Origin: an uncultured Chitinophagaceae bacterium
Lineage (GTDB): Bacteria; Bacteroidota; Bacteroidia; Chitinophagales; Chitinophagaceae
Assembly: GCA_963814445.1 (NCBI GenBank)
Contig: CAWFCU010000018.1
Span: 159,637-223,636 of the forward strand
Direction of reading: 5' to 3'
Length of the DNA stretch: 64,000 nucleotides
The position numbers and the translations under genes were made by a program. Positions within the stretch are counted from its first letter, which is position 1. Each line of letters starts with the position of its first letter. Below, piece after piece: positions 53,755 to 63,514 of this stretch. Below the pieces are notes generated by a model, which ran no database searches, was not told where the DNA came from, and was given only the letters and a program-made list of their open reading frames with translations.

Positions 53755-54651
53755 ATGAGCTTACCCAAAGGGAAATTAATTGCTATTGGTGGCGCAGAAG
53801 ACAAAGGCACCGACCTGGAAAAAGGAGAGATCAATCGTAACAACCTCAACTTCTTCGAACTTGGCATTCTTAACCGTATTGTAAAAGAAAGCGGCGGTCC
53901 TACAGCCAAAATAGAAGTGATCACTACAGCTTCCATGATCCCTTATGAAGTAGGCGAAAATTACATTGATGCTTTTGGAAAGATTGGCTGCCTTGATATT
54001 AATGTAATGCATATCCGCAACCGGGGCGATGCTGTGAATGAAGAATATATTGAGCGGATAAAAAAATGTGATACGGTAATGTTCAGCGGCGGTAACCAGC
54101 TACGTTTGTCATCCACTTTTGGGGGCACTAAATTTCTCCATATTTTATTGGAACGTTATCAGAATGAAGAGGCGTTTGTTATTGCTGGCACCAGCGCCGG
54201 GGCTATGGCAATGAGCAATACCATGATATATGAAGGCAATGCATCTAAGGCACACCTGAAAGGTGAGGTAAAAATGACTACTGGCCTTGGTTGTATTGAT
54301 GACGTAATTATTGATAGCCATTTTGAAAAACGTGGCCGCTTTACAAGGCTTGCACAGGCCGTAGCAACCAATCCTTCCTGCATTGGTATTGGGTTAGGTG
54401 AAGACACTGGCATGCTTATAACAGAAGGGAATAAAATGGAAGCGATTGGCAGCGGATGTGTAATTATTGTAGATGGCCATGATATACGCTACAGCAATAT
54501 TGCCGATATACCAGATGGCAATCCTTACAGCATTGATAATTTAAGAGTACATGTTTGTGAAAAAGGAAATGGCTATTTGGTGAAAGAAAGGCAGTTTTTA
54601 CCGGAAGCAAGCGAAGGTTCGGTTATTAAGAAACAGGTGCATGTGGAGTAG
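53755..54651 (+). CDS. cphB: Cyanophycinase (peptidase S51)
   Basis: IGGAEDK, FSGGNQ, GTSAGA nucleophile, IDSHFEKRGR, GLGEDTG. Confidence 0.92.
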   Translation: MSLPKGKLIAIGGAEDKGTDLEKGEINRNNLNFFELGILNRIVKESGGPTAKIEVITTASMIPYEVGENYIDAFGKIGCLDINVMHIRNRGDAVNEEYIERIKKCDTVMFSGGNQLRLSSTFGGTKFLHILLERYQNEEAFVIAGTSAGAMAMSNTMIYEGNASKAHLKGEVKMTTGLGCIDDVIIDSHFEKRGRFTRLAQAVATNPSCIGIGLGEDTGMLITEGNKMEAIGSGCVIIVDGHDIRYSNIADIPDGNPYSIDNLRVHVCEKGNGYLVKERQFLPEASEGSVIKKQVHVE

Positions 54652-54654
54652 GTA

Positions 54655-55245
54655 TTATCTCTTCAACTCCTCAATCCTGTTTACATACTTCCCAATCATA
54701 TCAAATTCGATGTTTACTTTATCACCTGCTTTTAGTTGCTGCATATTGGTGTGATTGTATGTATAAGGAATAATGGCAACAGTAAAGCCATTGTATTTTA
54801 CATTAAAAATGGTAAGGCTGATGCCATTTAAAGCGATGGAGCCTTTTTCAATTATCAGGCCGGCGAATTTTTTATCTATTTCAAAGCTGTATTCCCAGCT
54901 TCCGTTTTTTTCTTCTACTGAAATACAGGTTCCGGTTGTATCCACATGTCCTTGCACAATATGCCCATCAAGCCGGCCATTCATTTGCAAAGAGCGCTCA
55001 ATATTTACAGTATCGCCTTCTTTCCAGCTTTCAAGGTTGGTTTTCAACAAAGTTTCCTCTATGGCGGTTAATTGGTGATTATCAGCATTAACCGCCTCCA
55101 CAGTAAGGCAAACACCGTTGTGGGAAACACTTTGATCCACTTGTAATTCCGCTGAAATAGGGGATTTTACCCAGTAAGTTTTATTAGTGCCTGATGTGGT
55201 AATTTTTTCAATTATCCCGGTGGTTTCTATAATACCTGTAAACAT
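54655..55245 (-). CDS. Riboflavin synthase (alpha chain)
   Basis: MFTGIIE, NGVCLTV, GHIVQGHVD, KGSIALNGISLT. Confidence 0.95.
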   Translation of the reverse strand: MFTGIIETTGIIEKITTSGTNKTYWVKSPISAELQVDQSVSHNGVCLTVEAVNADNHQLTAIEETLLKTNLESWKEGDTVNIERSLQMNGRLDGHIVQGHVDTTGTCISVEEKNGSWEYSFEIDKKFAGLIIEKGSIALNGISLTIFNVKYNGFTVAIIPYTYNHTNMQQLKAGDKVNIEFDMIGKYVNRIEELKR

Positions 55246-55381
55246 TTGTCAAATATCAATCACCTGTTCTCAAATTCCAAATCATCGGTAAATGGCGAAT
55301 ATTTCAAAAAAAGTTGCTTCATATTTATTCTCCCCCTATCTTTGCGCCTCTTAAAAAATCTACCAAAGGAGGTATATAATT

Positions 55382-55579
55382 ATGTTAATCATCGATTCAA
55401 AAGACTGCGAAAACATCGACAAGGCGTTGAAAAAGTACAAGAAGAAGTTTGAAAAAAGCAAAGTGCTTCTTCAGTTAAGGGCAAGGCAAGCTTTTATAAA
55501 GCCATCTGTACAGCGCCGTACACAAGTGTTAAAAGCGGTTTACAAGCAGAACATTGCCAGTGGCAAAATAGACGTTTAG
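55382..55579 (+). CDS. rpsU: 30S ribosomal protein S21
   Basis: ENIDKALKKYKKKFEK...FIKPSVQRR. Confidence 0.93.
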   Translation: MLIIDSKDCENIDKALKKYKKKFEKSKVLLQLRARQAFIKPSVQRRTQVLKAVYKQNIASGKIDV

Positions 55580-55645
55580 TAAAGAATTGTTTAATAATAT
55601 TCAAACTGATAACCGGATAATGTAATTTCGGTTATCAGTTTTTTT

Positions 55646-56558
55646 ATGCCTACAACTTACCCCCGGTTTATACAGCCTTTTCTGGATTATCTCAAATTTC
55701 AAAAGAGGTATTCCCAGCATACCATAATATCGTATCAAAACGACCTTACTTCTTTTTTTGATTTTACTTTCAGCAGTATGGCGAAATACCGTTGATTGAA
55801 ATTAAGGCATCTTTTGTCCGTAGCTGGCTGGCTTCTTTAAAAGAAGGCAGGTATGGAGTCCCGTTCGATCAACAGGAAAATATCAGCACTCAAATCTTTT
55901 TTTAAATTCCAGTTAAAGGAAGGTGAAATAACCGTAAGCCCAATGGCAACGATCATTTCGCCAAAGAATAAAAAAAGGCTTCCGCAATATGTGGATGAAA
56001 AGGGAACTGAAGTATTGTTTAAGTATGTGGAATTTGCCAGATACATGGAAAGGTAAGAACCGACGAATTGATAATGCAATTATTGTATAATACAGGTATG
56101 CGGCAGGCAGAACTGGTGGGTTTAAAAGAATCGCAGGTTGATAAAAGCAACAGCCAGATAAAAGTGCTTGGAAAAGGGAACAAGGAAAGGGTGATACCTG
56201 TAAATGGCGAACTTGATAAAGCAGGTTGTAACCTATATGCAGGATAAACGAAAGGATTTTGAAGCTTTTGATAGCGAGTTTGTACTTATAAATGAAAAAG
56301 GGAAAAAACTTTATCCAAAATATGTTTACTCAACAGTAAAAAAGTATTTATCTAAAAAAGATGTAACTACCATTGATAAAAAGAAGCCCTCACGTTTTGC
56401 GCCATACTTTTGCCACACATTTAATGAATAACGGGGCAGATATCAATGCTGTAAAGGAATTGCTGGGGCATAGCAGCCTTGCTGCCACACAGGTTTACAC
56501 TCACAATACAATTGAGAAGTTAAAAGATATTTACAAAAAGGCACACCCAAAGGCATAA
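55646..56558 (+). CDS. xerC: Tyrosine recombinase XerC (several frameshifts)
   Basis: [73 protein letters not shown]; rpsU-xerC-hpf context. Confidence 0.85.
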
Positions 56559-56743
56559 TTTCCCCATTCGTACAATAAATCTTCTTTTTGGCTGTTTTTA
56601 GTGAAATAATTTTTTGGAATTAAAATCGTAATTACTACCTTGAACTATGAAAACCTCACACCAAAGCCGCTAAACTTTATATCGCCTATGATTTAATTAT
56701 TACCCAATTTATTTATTGTTCACTATTTTAAAATTAGATTGCT

Positions 56744-57043
56744 ATGAACGTAAACATTCAGACAGTGCATTTTGAAGCAGATTCAAAATTGGTATCCTAT
56801 GTTGAAAAGAAACTTTCCAAACTCTTTCAGTTTCACGACCGGATAACCAAAGTGGATGTGTATTTAAAACTGGACAATGTAGTACACACCATTAAAGACA
56901 AAGTAGCTGAAATTAAAGTGCACATTCCCCGGTATGATTTTTTTGTAAAACATTCTTCCAAATCATTTGAAGAAAGTTTTGATGTGGCACTTGATTCTGT
57001 AATAATGCAGATAAAACGAAAGAAAGAAAAACTTGCAGCATAA
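56744..57043 (+). CDS. hpf: Ribosome hibernation factor HPF/RaiA
   Basis: MNVNIQTVHFEAD..L..YVEKKL; SFEESFD...QIKRKKEK. Confidence 0.88.
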   Translation: MNVNIQTVHFEADSKLVSYVEKKLSKLFQFHDRITKVDVYLKLDNVVHTIKDKVAEIKVHIPRYDFFVKHSSKSFEESFDVALDSVIMQIKRKKEKLAA

Positions 57044-57046
57044 AAT

Positions 57047-57077
57047 AAAAATCCCCCGGAAACGGGGGATTTTTTTT
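57047..57077 (+). terminator. Intrinsic terminator after hpf
   Basis: aaaaatcccccg-gaaa-cgggggattttttt. Confidence 0.85.
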
Positions 57078-57137
57078 GGCTAATTTCATTTCTCACAATT
57101 TTGTTTTTTTATTGTTTAAAAAAATCTTTTTCAAAAT

Positions 57138-57167
57138 TTTGATATTAATCATTTTCCCTTACCTTTG
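57138..57167 (+). promoter_or_regulatory. Promoter of the tRNA-tuf operon
   Basis: TTTG N18 TACCTTTG. Confidence 0.6.
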
Positions 57168-57231
57168 CCTTCCAAAAAAAAAGGGGTGCACAATTATGCG
57201 CTGTTTTTTGTGAAGTTCTTTAAATAAAAAT

Positions 57232-57295
57232 GCCGAAGTAGCTCAGTTGGTAGATTACCCCGATGTAAAATCGGGAAGGTCGCTTGTTCGACTAC
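57232..57295 (+). pseudogene. Degenerate tRNA-Thr(TGT) copy with CCCGAT/ATCGGG anticodon stem; 3' acceptor strand lost
   Basis: gccgaagtagctcagttggtaga...cccgatgtaaaatcggga aggtcgcttgttcgact aligns to 57326-57398. Confidence 0.8.
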
Positions 57296-57322
57296 CTATC
57301 AAGTTAGTTTATAAAAGTAAAA

Positions 57323-57398
<76 letters not shown>

Positions 57399-57442
57399 CT
57401 GATGTTAATCTGAGATTTGCCAATTTCCGACAAATTTTAAAT

Positions 57443-57525
<83 letters not shown>

Positions 57526-57536
57526 CATAATCAATT

Positions 57537-57628
57537 ATGCTAATTTGCAAATGTGCAAAATGCTGCATATTGTTCACAGTTCTTTTAAATTTGCATTATT
57601 TAGCTATAATTAGCAAATTTGCATATTT
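57537..57628. repeat. 8-nt ATTTGCAA/ATGTGCAA-like repeats with inverted arm between tRNA-Tyr and tRNA-Gly
   Basis: atgctaatttgcaaatgtgcaaaatgc ... atttgcattatttagctataattagcaaatttgcatat. Confidence 0.6.
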
Positions 57629-57633
57629 GATAA

Positions 57634-57706
57634 GCGGAAGTAGCTCATTTGGTAGAGCGATAGCCTTCCAAGCTATAGGTGGCCGGTTCGAGCCTGGTCT
57701 TCCGCT
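57634..57706 (+). tRNA. tRNA-Gly (TCC)
   Basis: Cloverleaf, atagc-cttccaa-gctat. Confidence 0.95.
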
Positions 57707-57739
57707 CAGTTTTCTGCCTGCGATGGCAGAATGGTTTTA

Positions 57740-57812
57740 GCCGTCGTAGCTCAGGGGTAGAGCATCCCGATGGTAATCGGGAGGGTCAGTGGTTCGATTC
57801 TCACTGATGGCT
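57740..57812 (+). pseudogene. tRNA-Thr(GGT)-derived copy with anticodon stem replaced by TCCCGAT/ATCGGGA
   Basis: Acceptor and D arm identical to 57820-57891; tcccgat-ggta-atcggga; T stem disturbed (agtgg vs gtgag). Confidence 0.85.
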
Positions 57813-57819
57813 CAAACAA

Positions 57820-57891
57820 GCCGTCGTAGCTCAGGGGTAGAGCACTTCCTTGGTAGGGAAGAGGTCGTGAGTTCGATTCTCACTGATGGCT
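57820..57891 (+). tRNA. tRNA-Thr (GGT)
   Basis: Cloverleaf, cttcc-ttggtag-ggaag, gtgag-ttcgatt-ctcac. Confidence 0.93.
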
Positions 57892-57915
57892 CAAAAAAAG
57901 ATATTTGAACTAAAG

Positions 57916-58002
57916 AATGTTGTAGCTCAGTGGGTAGAGCATCCCGATGGTAAATCGGGAGGGTCGTGAGTCTCCCGATAGTTATCGGGGTCACTGATGG
58001 CT
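57916..58002 (+). pseudogene. tRNA-Thr(GGT)-derived copy with palindromes in anticodon arm and T loop
   Basis: tcccgat-ggtaa-atcggga (57942-57960) and tcccgat-agtt-atcgggg (57973-57990). Confidence 0.85.
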
Positions 58003-58026
58003 CAAAAAAAGATATTTGAACTAAAG

Positions 58027-58113
58027 AACGTTGTAGCTCAGTGGGTAGAGCATCCCGATGGTAAATCGGGAGGGTCGTGAGTTCTCCCGATAATTATCGG
58101 ATCACTGATGGCT
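58027..58113 (+). pseudogene. Second doubly modified tRNA-Thr(GGT)-derived copy (111-bp tandem duplication)
   Basis: tcccgat-ggtaa-atcggga (58053-58071) and tcccgat-aatt-atcgga (58085-58101). Confidence 0.85.
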
Positions 58114-58187
58114 CATAAAAAATATTAGTCAATGGTTAAATGACTCTAAACTTCAACCATTTTAAACACATATTTAAACAATAAACA

Positions 58188-59376
58188 ATGGCAAAAGAAT
58201 CTTTCAAGAGGGATAAACCCCACTTAAACGTTGGTACTATTGGTCACGTGGATCATGGTAAAACAACACTTACAGCCGCTATAACCGATGTTTTGTCAAA
58301 AAAAGGTTTGGCGGAGAAAAAAAATTATGATGATATTGATGGTGCTCCTGAAGAAAAAGAAAGGGGTATTACAATCAATACAGCTCACGTGGAGTATGCT
58401 ACTGCTACTCGTCACTATGCACACGTTGACTGTCCAGGTCACGCTGACTATGTGAAAAATATGATTACAGGTGCTGCCCAGATGGATGGTGCTATCCTTG
58501 TGGTTGCTGCTACTGATGGTCCAATGCCTCAAACTAAAGAGCACATCTTGTTGGCCCGCCAGGTAGGTGTACCTCAAATTGTTGTTTTCATGAACAAAGT
58601 TGATTTGGTAGATGATCCTGAATTATTGGAATTGGTTGAAATGGAAATCCGTGAGTTGTTAACTTCTTATGGTTTTGATGGTGATAATACACCAATCATT
58701 CAGGGTTCTGCAACAGGTGCTTTAGCTGGCGATGAAAAATGGATCAGCGAAAATTGACGAATTAATGGATGCAGTAGATAGCTATATTCCTTTGCCTCCA
58801 CGTTTAGTTGATCTTCCATTCCTGATGAGTGTTGAGGACGTATTCTCAATCACTGGTCGTGGTACTGTTGCTACAGGCCGTATCGAAAGAGGCCGTATTA
58901 AAGTAGGTGAAGCAATGGAAATTGTAGGTTTAATGGAAAAACCATTGGCTACTACTTGTACTGGTGTTGAAATGTTCAAGAAATTGCTTGACGAAGGTGA
59001 AGCTGGTGATAATGCAGGTTTGTTGTTACGTGGTATTGAAAAGACCCAGATCCGCCGTGGTATGGTTCTTTGCAAACCAGGTACTATCACTCCGCACACT
59101 GAATTTAAAGGTGAAGTTTACGTATTGAGCAAAGAAGAAGGTGGCCGTCATACTCCATTCTTTAACAAATACCGTCCTCAGTTCTATTTCCGTACTACAG
59201 ACGTAACTGGTGAAGTTACTTTGAATGCTGGTACTGAAATGGTAATGCCTGGTGATAACACTAACTTAACTGTTACCTTGATTCAGCCAATCGCAATGGA
59301 AAAAGGTTTGAAATTTGCGATTCGTGAAGGTGGCCGTACAGTAGGTGCTGGTCAGGTTACTGAAATTATTAAGTAA
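58188..59376 (+). CDS. tuf: Elongation factor Tu (frameshift ~58750)
   Basis: [39 protein letters not shown]. Confidence 0.98.
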
Positions 59377-59478
59377 GCAGAAAGCCAAAAGCTTTTAGCT
59401 TTAAGCAAATTATATTTATATATTTGCAACATATTCTAAAAGCTGTTTCGGTAAAACGAAATAGCTTTTAGCTTTTAT

Positions 59479-59549
59479 ACGGGCATGGTGCAACGGTAGC
59501 ATACGGGTCTCCAAAACCTTTGATCTGGGTTCGAATCCTAGTGCCCGTG
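59479..59549 (+). tRNA. tRNA-Trp (CCA)
   Basis: acgggca/tgcccgt acceptor, loop CTCCAAA, GGTTCGAATCC. Confidence 0.93.
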
Positions 59550-59556
59550 CTAATTA

Positions 59557-59636
59557 ATTCGAAAATTGCTAGATTTGAAAATTTGCAATGTGTCAATTTC
59601 ATTTTCAAATTTAGCACATTTTCAAATTTTCAAATT
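59557..59636. repeat. 8-nt TTTGAAAA-like repeats with inverted TTTTCAAA arm between tRNA-Trp and secE
   Basis: attcgaaaattgctagatttgaaaatttgcaatg ... cattttcaaatttagcacattttcaaattttcaaatt. Confidence 0.7.
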
Positions 59637-59642
59637 AATATT

Positions 59643-59838
59643 ATGAACAAATTTTCTGCATATTTAAGAGACTCTTACAAAGAACTGGTGGAAAAAGTAA
59701 CCTGGCCTGCATGGGATCAGTTGCAACAATCTACCATGATTGTATTGGGTGCTACTTTATTTATTACTGCTATGGTATGGTGTAATGGATTTTGTTGCCA
59801 ACGGATCTTTAAAATTTATTTACTCTTTATTTAATTAG
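59643..59838 (+). CDS. secE: Preprotein translocase subunit SecE (frameshift ~59780)
   Basis: SYKELVEKVTWP followed by a TM helix; lies between tRNA-Trp and nusG. Confidence 0.92.
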
Positions 59839-59843
59839 TGATA

Positions 59844-60427
59844 ATGGAAGAAGCAATCGTTCAGGAAAAGGAAAATAAATGGTACGTACTTCGTGTGGTA
59901 AGTGGCAAAGAGCGTAAGATCAAGGAATATCTTGATAAGGATATTGTACGTAATGGCTGGGCAGAAATTATCAAACAGATATTTTTCCGGTAGAGAAAGT
60001 GTACAAAGTGCAGGCTGGTAAAAAAGTAATGAGGGAAAGAAACTTTTATCCTGGTTATGTAATGATTGAAGTGGCTGGCAACAAACTGAATGATGATATG
60101 GTGCAGCACATCAGCAATATCAGCAACGTAATGCACTTTTTAACAGATGGCAAAGGCAGTAAGGGAAATATTATTTCTCTGCGTAAAGCAGAAGTAAATA
60201 AAATGCTGGGTAAAGTGGATGAAATGGGCGAAGGTGGTGGAATGACGATGAGTGAACCATTTATTATTGGTGAAACCATCAAAATTATTGATGGTCCATT
60301 CAATGACTTTAACGGTATGGTGGAAGAAGTGAATGATGAAAAGAAAAAACTAAAAGTACAGGTAAAAATATTTGGAAGGGCTACACCTGTGGAACTGAAC
60401 TATATGCAGGTAGAAAAAATATCATAA
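59844..60427 (+). CDS. nusG: Transcription termination/antitermination factor NusG (frameshift ~59985)
   Basis: KWYVLRVVSGKE, FYPGYVMI, KOW IIDGPFNDFNG, IFGRATPVEL. Confidence 0.95.
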
Positions 60428-60449
60428 TCCTGAAAACTTTATACAGCAG

Positions 60450-60479
60450 GCCATCCGCAAAAACGGGTGGCTTTTTTTT
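60450..60479 (+). terminator. Intrinsic terminator after nusG
   Basis: gccatccg-caaaaa-cgggtggc followed by T8. Confidence 0.8.
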
Positions 60480-60719
60480 GCTTAATAAAGCCACATTGAA
60501 ACTTAAGAGAATGGAGTCCAGTAGCGGAATAAATGTGCCTGATTAATAAGAGGAAACGCTCGTAAAACAAGGAAAAATTCACAGGTTATTTACCAGATAA
60601 ATTTTCTATCTTGTTGCGTATTTTTTTACTAAAGGAAGGTCTTTTTACAAACCAAAGTAAATTATGAAGTAATTATACCTTTCATTCCGCAAATCAAACA
60701 CAACTGCTAAAGGGTAATA

Positions 60720-61316
60720 ATGGATCCCACACTGCAATACCTGCTTGATGGATGCAAGGCTAATGACAGGGCTGCTCAAAAGGCACTGTATTACCGTTAC
60801 TTCAATACTTTTATGGGTATTGCAATGCGGTATGTAAATACCCAGGCAGATGGGGAAGAGGTACTGAACAATGCTTTCCTGCGGATTTTTAAACACATTA
60901 ATAAATATACCGGCAAAGGTTCGTTTGAAGGATGGATGAAGAGGATAGTGGTGAACTGTTGCCTTACTTATATAAGCCGCCCTAATTACACTACACAATC
61001 CCGTGTGATCCCTTTGAAAGACTACAATGGAAATGAAGACAATGGTACTTATTCCAATTCTGTACATATTAGCAGCGATGGAATTGAGGAAAAATACAAC
61101 CAGGAGTTTTTGATTGAAATACTAAAGTATGTTACCTGATACAAACAAGGCTGGTTTTTAACCTGTATGTGTTTGAGGAATATAACCATAGCGAAATAGG
61201 AGAGTTGCTGGGTATGGCAGAACGTACATCGCAAAGCCACCTGGCAAAAGCTAGAAAGATTTTGAGCTGAAAAAATTGATAAAAAAGAACTGATAAATAA
61301 AATGCAAAGGGTATGA
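60720..61316 (+). CDS. ECF RNA polymerase sigma factor (frameshifted)
   Basis: AQKALY, GSFEGWMKRIVVN region 2; LP..RLVFNLYVFEEYNHSEIGELLG...S.SHLAKAR region 4 in next frame. Confidence 0.9.
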
Positions 61317-62544
61317 GTGAAAACTCTCACATAGACAAAATTTTTAAAGATGGGCTTGGCGAAATAAAGTTCTCCAATGCGGATGCTATGTGGCAAAAGA
61401 TGGAAGCTGATCTGGATAAAGAGAACGAAAGAAAAGAAGGCCTGTTGTGTTTTTTATTGCACTGGCTGTATTGCTTACTGCCGGGTTTTTTAGTGTAAAG
61501 CATTTTAATCAACCGGCAGCTCCTGCTATAGCAGAAGCAAAAACAAAGGTTCCAACTACTGTAATCAACGAAGTAAAACAGGGGAATAAAAATATTTCAA
61601 CTGAGCAAACTGTTGCTGTTGTAAATGATGCTTCAAAAACTTCAGGTAATAAAATAAATACTATTTCATCAATTGTGGCTGCAAAGCAAACGGCAGCAGA
61701 TTTACATAACAGCAATTATGTGATGAATACAATTGCATCTGCTGATTTTAAAACAACTGTGGCGGGTGAAATTGCTGATGCTGGTGACAATATTGTCGTA
61801 GCGGAAAATGAATTAGCAACAAATGATGTTCAATTTGAAAAAATTAATGCCACAGCAGAATTAATGACTGCAACAAGTACAACAGCAACAACAGTAATTA
61901 AACCTGTTTCAAAAAATATAAACATTCCCACTTTCCCGGTTGAGAAGAAACAAATTGCCAAAGCATACAAAATAAGCTTAGAAGCTGTTGGTGGAGGGGA
62001 TCTGTTAAGGGTTAACAGGAAGGCTGGTTTTTATGCAGGTATCAGGCTTAATAAACACCTGGATAACGGAAGCCTTATTTCAGTTGGCGTAAATTACGCA
62101 AGCCATACCGTGCTTGATAGATACAGGGTGGCAGGCAAACCAATGGACCGGGGTTGGTATGATGCAGTGGTAAACAACATGAGTTCTGTACGGGTGCCTA
62201 TTTACCTGCAGCGCCAGATGGCAAATAGTAAATTTGCCATGATGATCGGGCTTGTTCCCACCTACATTACTGCCGCAGAAGTATATAATGTTCCTGACTC
62301 TTATATCGGGGATCCCAACCCATACCGGAAGTTTACATTGAACGATTTTAATCGTTTTAATCTTTTGTTTGGTGCCGGCTTAAAATATACGCCTGTTAGC
62401 AAAGGGCCATTTAACAGGCTATCTTTCGAACTGAGTGGCAGCTATAGTTTTACCGGCCTGGTAAAAGATGGCTACAAAAACTGGTCAAGAGTAAATGATA
62501 ATTTTAAAAGCATACAGCTTGGTGTTGCTTACAAGTTGAAATAG
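61313..62544 (+). CDS. Anti-sigma-like protein: cytoplasmic N-terminus, TM helix, low-complexity linker, C-terminal beta-barrel (frameshift ~61440)
   Basis: ATGA overlap with sigma stop; IDKIFKDGL...DAMWQKMEADL; TM; C-terminal SIQLGVAYKLK barrel signature. Confidence 0.7.
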
Positions 62545-62564
62545 TTTTCTAAAATATTTTATTG

Positions 62565-62595
62565 AAGGAAGCAATTGATAGTTGCTTCCTTTTTT
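62565..62595 (+). terminator. Intrinsic terminator
   Basis: aaggaagcaat-tgata-gttgcttcc followed by T tract. Confidence 0.7.
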
Positions 62596-62685
62596 GTTTC
62601 AAGAATGGTTTTATTAGTTGAGGGATATGACAATAAAGTTTGATAAAAATGCCTTACATGTGACGTGCAGCTATTGTATGTTCAT

Positions 62686-63192
62686 TTACTTAAATTGAAA
62701 TGATTTTAAAATGTTCATGCCCGTCTCTCTGTATTGCTCAAATTTGTCTGCTTCAACATTGAGACTTAGTGAATAAAGTTTTTTGTGTTTTATGAAACAA
62801 AATCTATTGACAATTATTTTATAACCACTATTTTCTTCTTCGTAGCTAATATCAAAATATTCCATGCCGTCTAACTTGACAATTGATGAATGGAATATTT
62901 TTGATGAACTTTCTTGCGATTTAATACCCTCCTCAAAAAATTCTTTATATGTTGCCATAGTGAATTTTCGATCTTTTATCTTTTGGATTCGAAGGCTTAC
63001 GTTTTCTCCAATTTTGTCATTCTCGTTTTCCATTGGAGCCACAATCATTAGTTCTGTAGCCGCAATCTTAGATGTATTTAGTTTCCAGCTTGCTGGATAT
63101 TTAATTTCAAATTTGGGTGTGCTGTAAACGATATCTTGTGATAAGCCAATCTTGCAGATCAATAAAAATATAAAAAGTAGTAATGATTTCAT
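62686..63192 (-). CDS. Secreted hypothetical protein, PsbP/Mog1-like fold candidate
   Basis: Signal peptide; FEIKYPASWK; ENVSLRIQ; ILKSFQFK C-terminus; AT-rich. Confidence 0.65.
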   Translation of the reverse strand: MKSLLLFIFLLICKIGLSQDIVYSTPKFEIKYPASWKLNTSKIAATELMIVAPMENENDKIGENVSLRIQKIKDRKFTMATYKEFFEEGIKSQESSSKIFHSSIVKLDGMEYFDISYEEENSGYKIIVNRFCFIKHKKLYSLSLNVEADKFEQYRETGMNILKSFQFK

Positions 63193-63514
63193 AAAGGTTG
63201 TTTTTACATGACGAACAAAATAAGAATTTAAGAAGATTGAATTTAGTAACTTAAGTCAACTCGCCCAAGCAAGTCTATACTTGCAAAAGTTAATGTTGTT
63301 GAAAAAATAATAGTCTGCTCACGGGCTGGCGGATAGAAGTGAAAAGCTCGGTGAGGAATTGTGCAGGGAATTTGCGCCGGACTTGCAACGTATAGCCACT
63401 GCAATCGTTGCCAAACATTCTTCTGCCCACAGCCACAAAACCAATTTGATTATCTCCCTTTGATGAAATACATTTGCCTTCCTTTTAAAATTACTATATA
63501 AAACATAACCGCAC

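Noticed and set aside
55246-55381. FMN riboswitch upstream of riboflavin synthase
   Set aside because: Short divergent promoter region with no recognisable RFN consensus.
55646-56558. Integron or phage integrase next to the tRNA cluster
   Set aside because: It sits in the conserved rpsU-xerC-hpf context and has housekeeping XerC features; no cargo island or att duplication was seen.
57812-57994. 60-aa minus-strand ORF and 57537..57740 plus-strand ORF
   Set aside because: Shadow ORFs over tRNA genes and tRNA-like repeats.
57740-58113. CRISPR array
   Set aside because: The repeated units are tRNA-derived and similar along their whole length; there are no unique spacers and no cas genes.
58732-58760. 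Programmed frameshift or split tuf (likewise dnaJ, nusG, secE, GMC genes)
   Set aside because: Indels are scattered over unrelated genes without shared slippery or stimulatory signals; sequencing error is far more likely.
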